A DNA stretch of 64,000 bases, from assembly GCA_965248755.1 (NCBI GenBank), contig OZ252149.1, positions 1,472,001 through 1,536,000 of the forward strand, read 5' to 3'. This document shows positions 62,909-64,000 of this stretch, one piece after another; position 1 is the stretch's first letter, and every line of letters starts with the position of its first letter. The DNA comes from Candidatus Latescibacterota bacterium (lineage in GTDB: Bacteria; Latescibacterota; CBDEFO01). Both the position numbers and the translations under genes were made by a program. The notes under the pieces are model-generated. The model made no database searches. It had not been told where the DNA came from and saw only the letters and a program-made list of their open reading frames with translations.

Positions 62909-64000
62909 TCAATTATATTCCCCACCTTCCTCCACAACATATTTTCCATCTTCGCCCTTATCCTGGCGCCACTGTTCATCCTCTTGCCACCATTCTTCGT
63001 CTTCCATCTGATGCTCCTCAATATCAGATGGAAGTGTATCCTCTTGGTCAGCCGAAAGATGCATATCTTCCTTGAGACTCGATGTATCGGTAGCGACACT
63101 GTCAGCTCCTGGAACAAACAGTTCTTTGACTCCATCTGCTTTGAACTTTAACTTCCTTTGAGCTATGGAAGCGTACTCGGTTTTTGGAAACTTCTCGACC
63201 AACTGTCCGTAGAGTTGGTAAGCCGAGGCCGAATCTTTCAACACATTCTCGTAAGCCCAGGCCGCTGCGTAAGATGCCTTTGATGCATACTCGCTCTGAG
63301 GATGATTTGATATTATCTCTTCGAATTTTGATATGTAATCGTTCGGCTCCCCTTTGCCGAACAATAGAGACTCCGCCTCCAAGAATATCACCTTGGCCTT
63401 GTCACTCTTTCCATCCTCAGATTCTGAGAGCCCTAAATGTTCCTTTGCCGCCTCTGCGTACTCCGTCTTCGGATATTTTTCCAATATTTCCTCAAGTGTC
63501 TCCTTCCACACTAAAGTGTCGTTCTGCACCTCCTTTTTTATCCATCCGACGCAGTAAGCGGCCTTAGGTGCAAGATCGCTTTGGGGGAACCTTTCAGTAA
63601 CCTTGTGATACAGAGCCAGCGCTGCATCTATCTGTCCTAATCTGTACCTGTAAAGCTCCGCCATCATGAAGAGAGACCTGGCAGCACTGTCAGTAGTGTC
63701 CGCTGCACCCTTTTGGTATTCTTCCAGCTGCCCTATAACCCGGAGGCGGTTTTGCGCCAGAGTTCTTATTTCTTCGCTTCTTGCTTCCTTTTCAGCACTT
63801 TCCAAAAGCTCCACCGACTTCTCCAGATCGTTCCATTCCCTCTGATAAATAGTGGCCATTAAGTACAAAGCCTCGGCCGATTCATCCGTCTTGGTACCCT
63901 CGTCTGTAATCTTTTGGTAGAGGTTGAGAGCGCTACTCGTATCACCCAGGTTGTCGTAGCATCTTGCAATCCTAAGCAGCGTTCTGGTCTTGTATCCTCC
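62909..64000 (-). CDS. TPR/BamD-YbgF-like repeat protein with acidic tail (5' end outside window)
   Basis: Repeated (F/Y/H)P.(S/T)(E/D).A..A motifs; frame stays open to the window edge. Confidence 0.75.
   Translation of the reverse strand, partial: GGYKTRTLLRIARCYDNLGDTSSALNLYQKITDEGTKTDESAEALYLMATIYQREWNDLEKSVELLESAEKEARSEEIRTLAQNRLRVIGQLEEYQKGAADTTDSAARSLFMMAELYRYRLGQIDAALALYHKVTERFPQSDLAPKAAYCVGWIKKEVQNDTLVWKETLEEILEKYPKTEYAEAAKEHLGLSESEDGKSDKAKVIFLEAESLLFGKGEPNDYISKFEEIISNHPQSEYASKASYAAAWAYENVLKDSASAYQLYGQLVEKFPKTEYASIAQRKLKFKADGVKELFVPGADSVATDTSSLKEDMHLSADQEDTLPSDIEEHQMEDEEWWQEDEQWRQDKGEDGKYVVEEGGEYN

Overview
Bacterial chromosome window, most plausibly from an uncultured FCB-group or Latescibacterota-like lineage. 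This is an inference from the long SecA with internal insertions, fused SecDF, a short SigA-type sigma factor and a T9SS-CTD/FlgD-like remnant. All product calls come from motif recognition by eye; no searches were run. 1-6.6 kb: envelope-protein cluster (large Asp-rich secreted protein, GT39/PMT-TPR, SurA-like PPIase). 7-21 kb: catabolic island with five enolase-superfamily genes, four of them a tandem mosaic array, plus a PIG-L deacetylase, a GH123/DUF4091-like protein, PhyH, an M24 enzyme and an epimerase. 21-26 kb: decayed integrase and glucoamylase, a tandem DUF5069 gene and IS256. 26.7-39.4 kb: tyrS, PBP1A, secDF, an IS481-like element and pyrR-pyrB-pyrC-carA with a PyrR attenuator. 39.5-46.2 kb: HicB pseudogene, DHDPS-like gene, two inverted IS256 copies and a broken mgtE. 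46-64 kb: housekeeping genes (bioD, sigma, class-III aminotransferase, secA, pgeF, nusB, rib operon). Two signals stand out. (1) A 21-nt hairpin (CCCCGATTGA[A/G][T/C]CTATCGGGG) occurs five times and looks like a discrete inserted unit: it frameshifts a hicB gene, splits other palindromes, and a variant sits in-frame in secA. (2) The four-gene enolase array is a patchwork with an invariant catalytic core and variable specificity loops.
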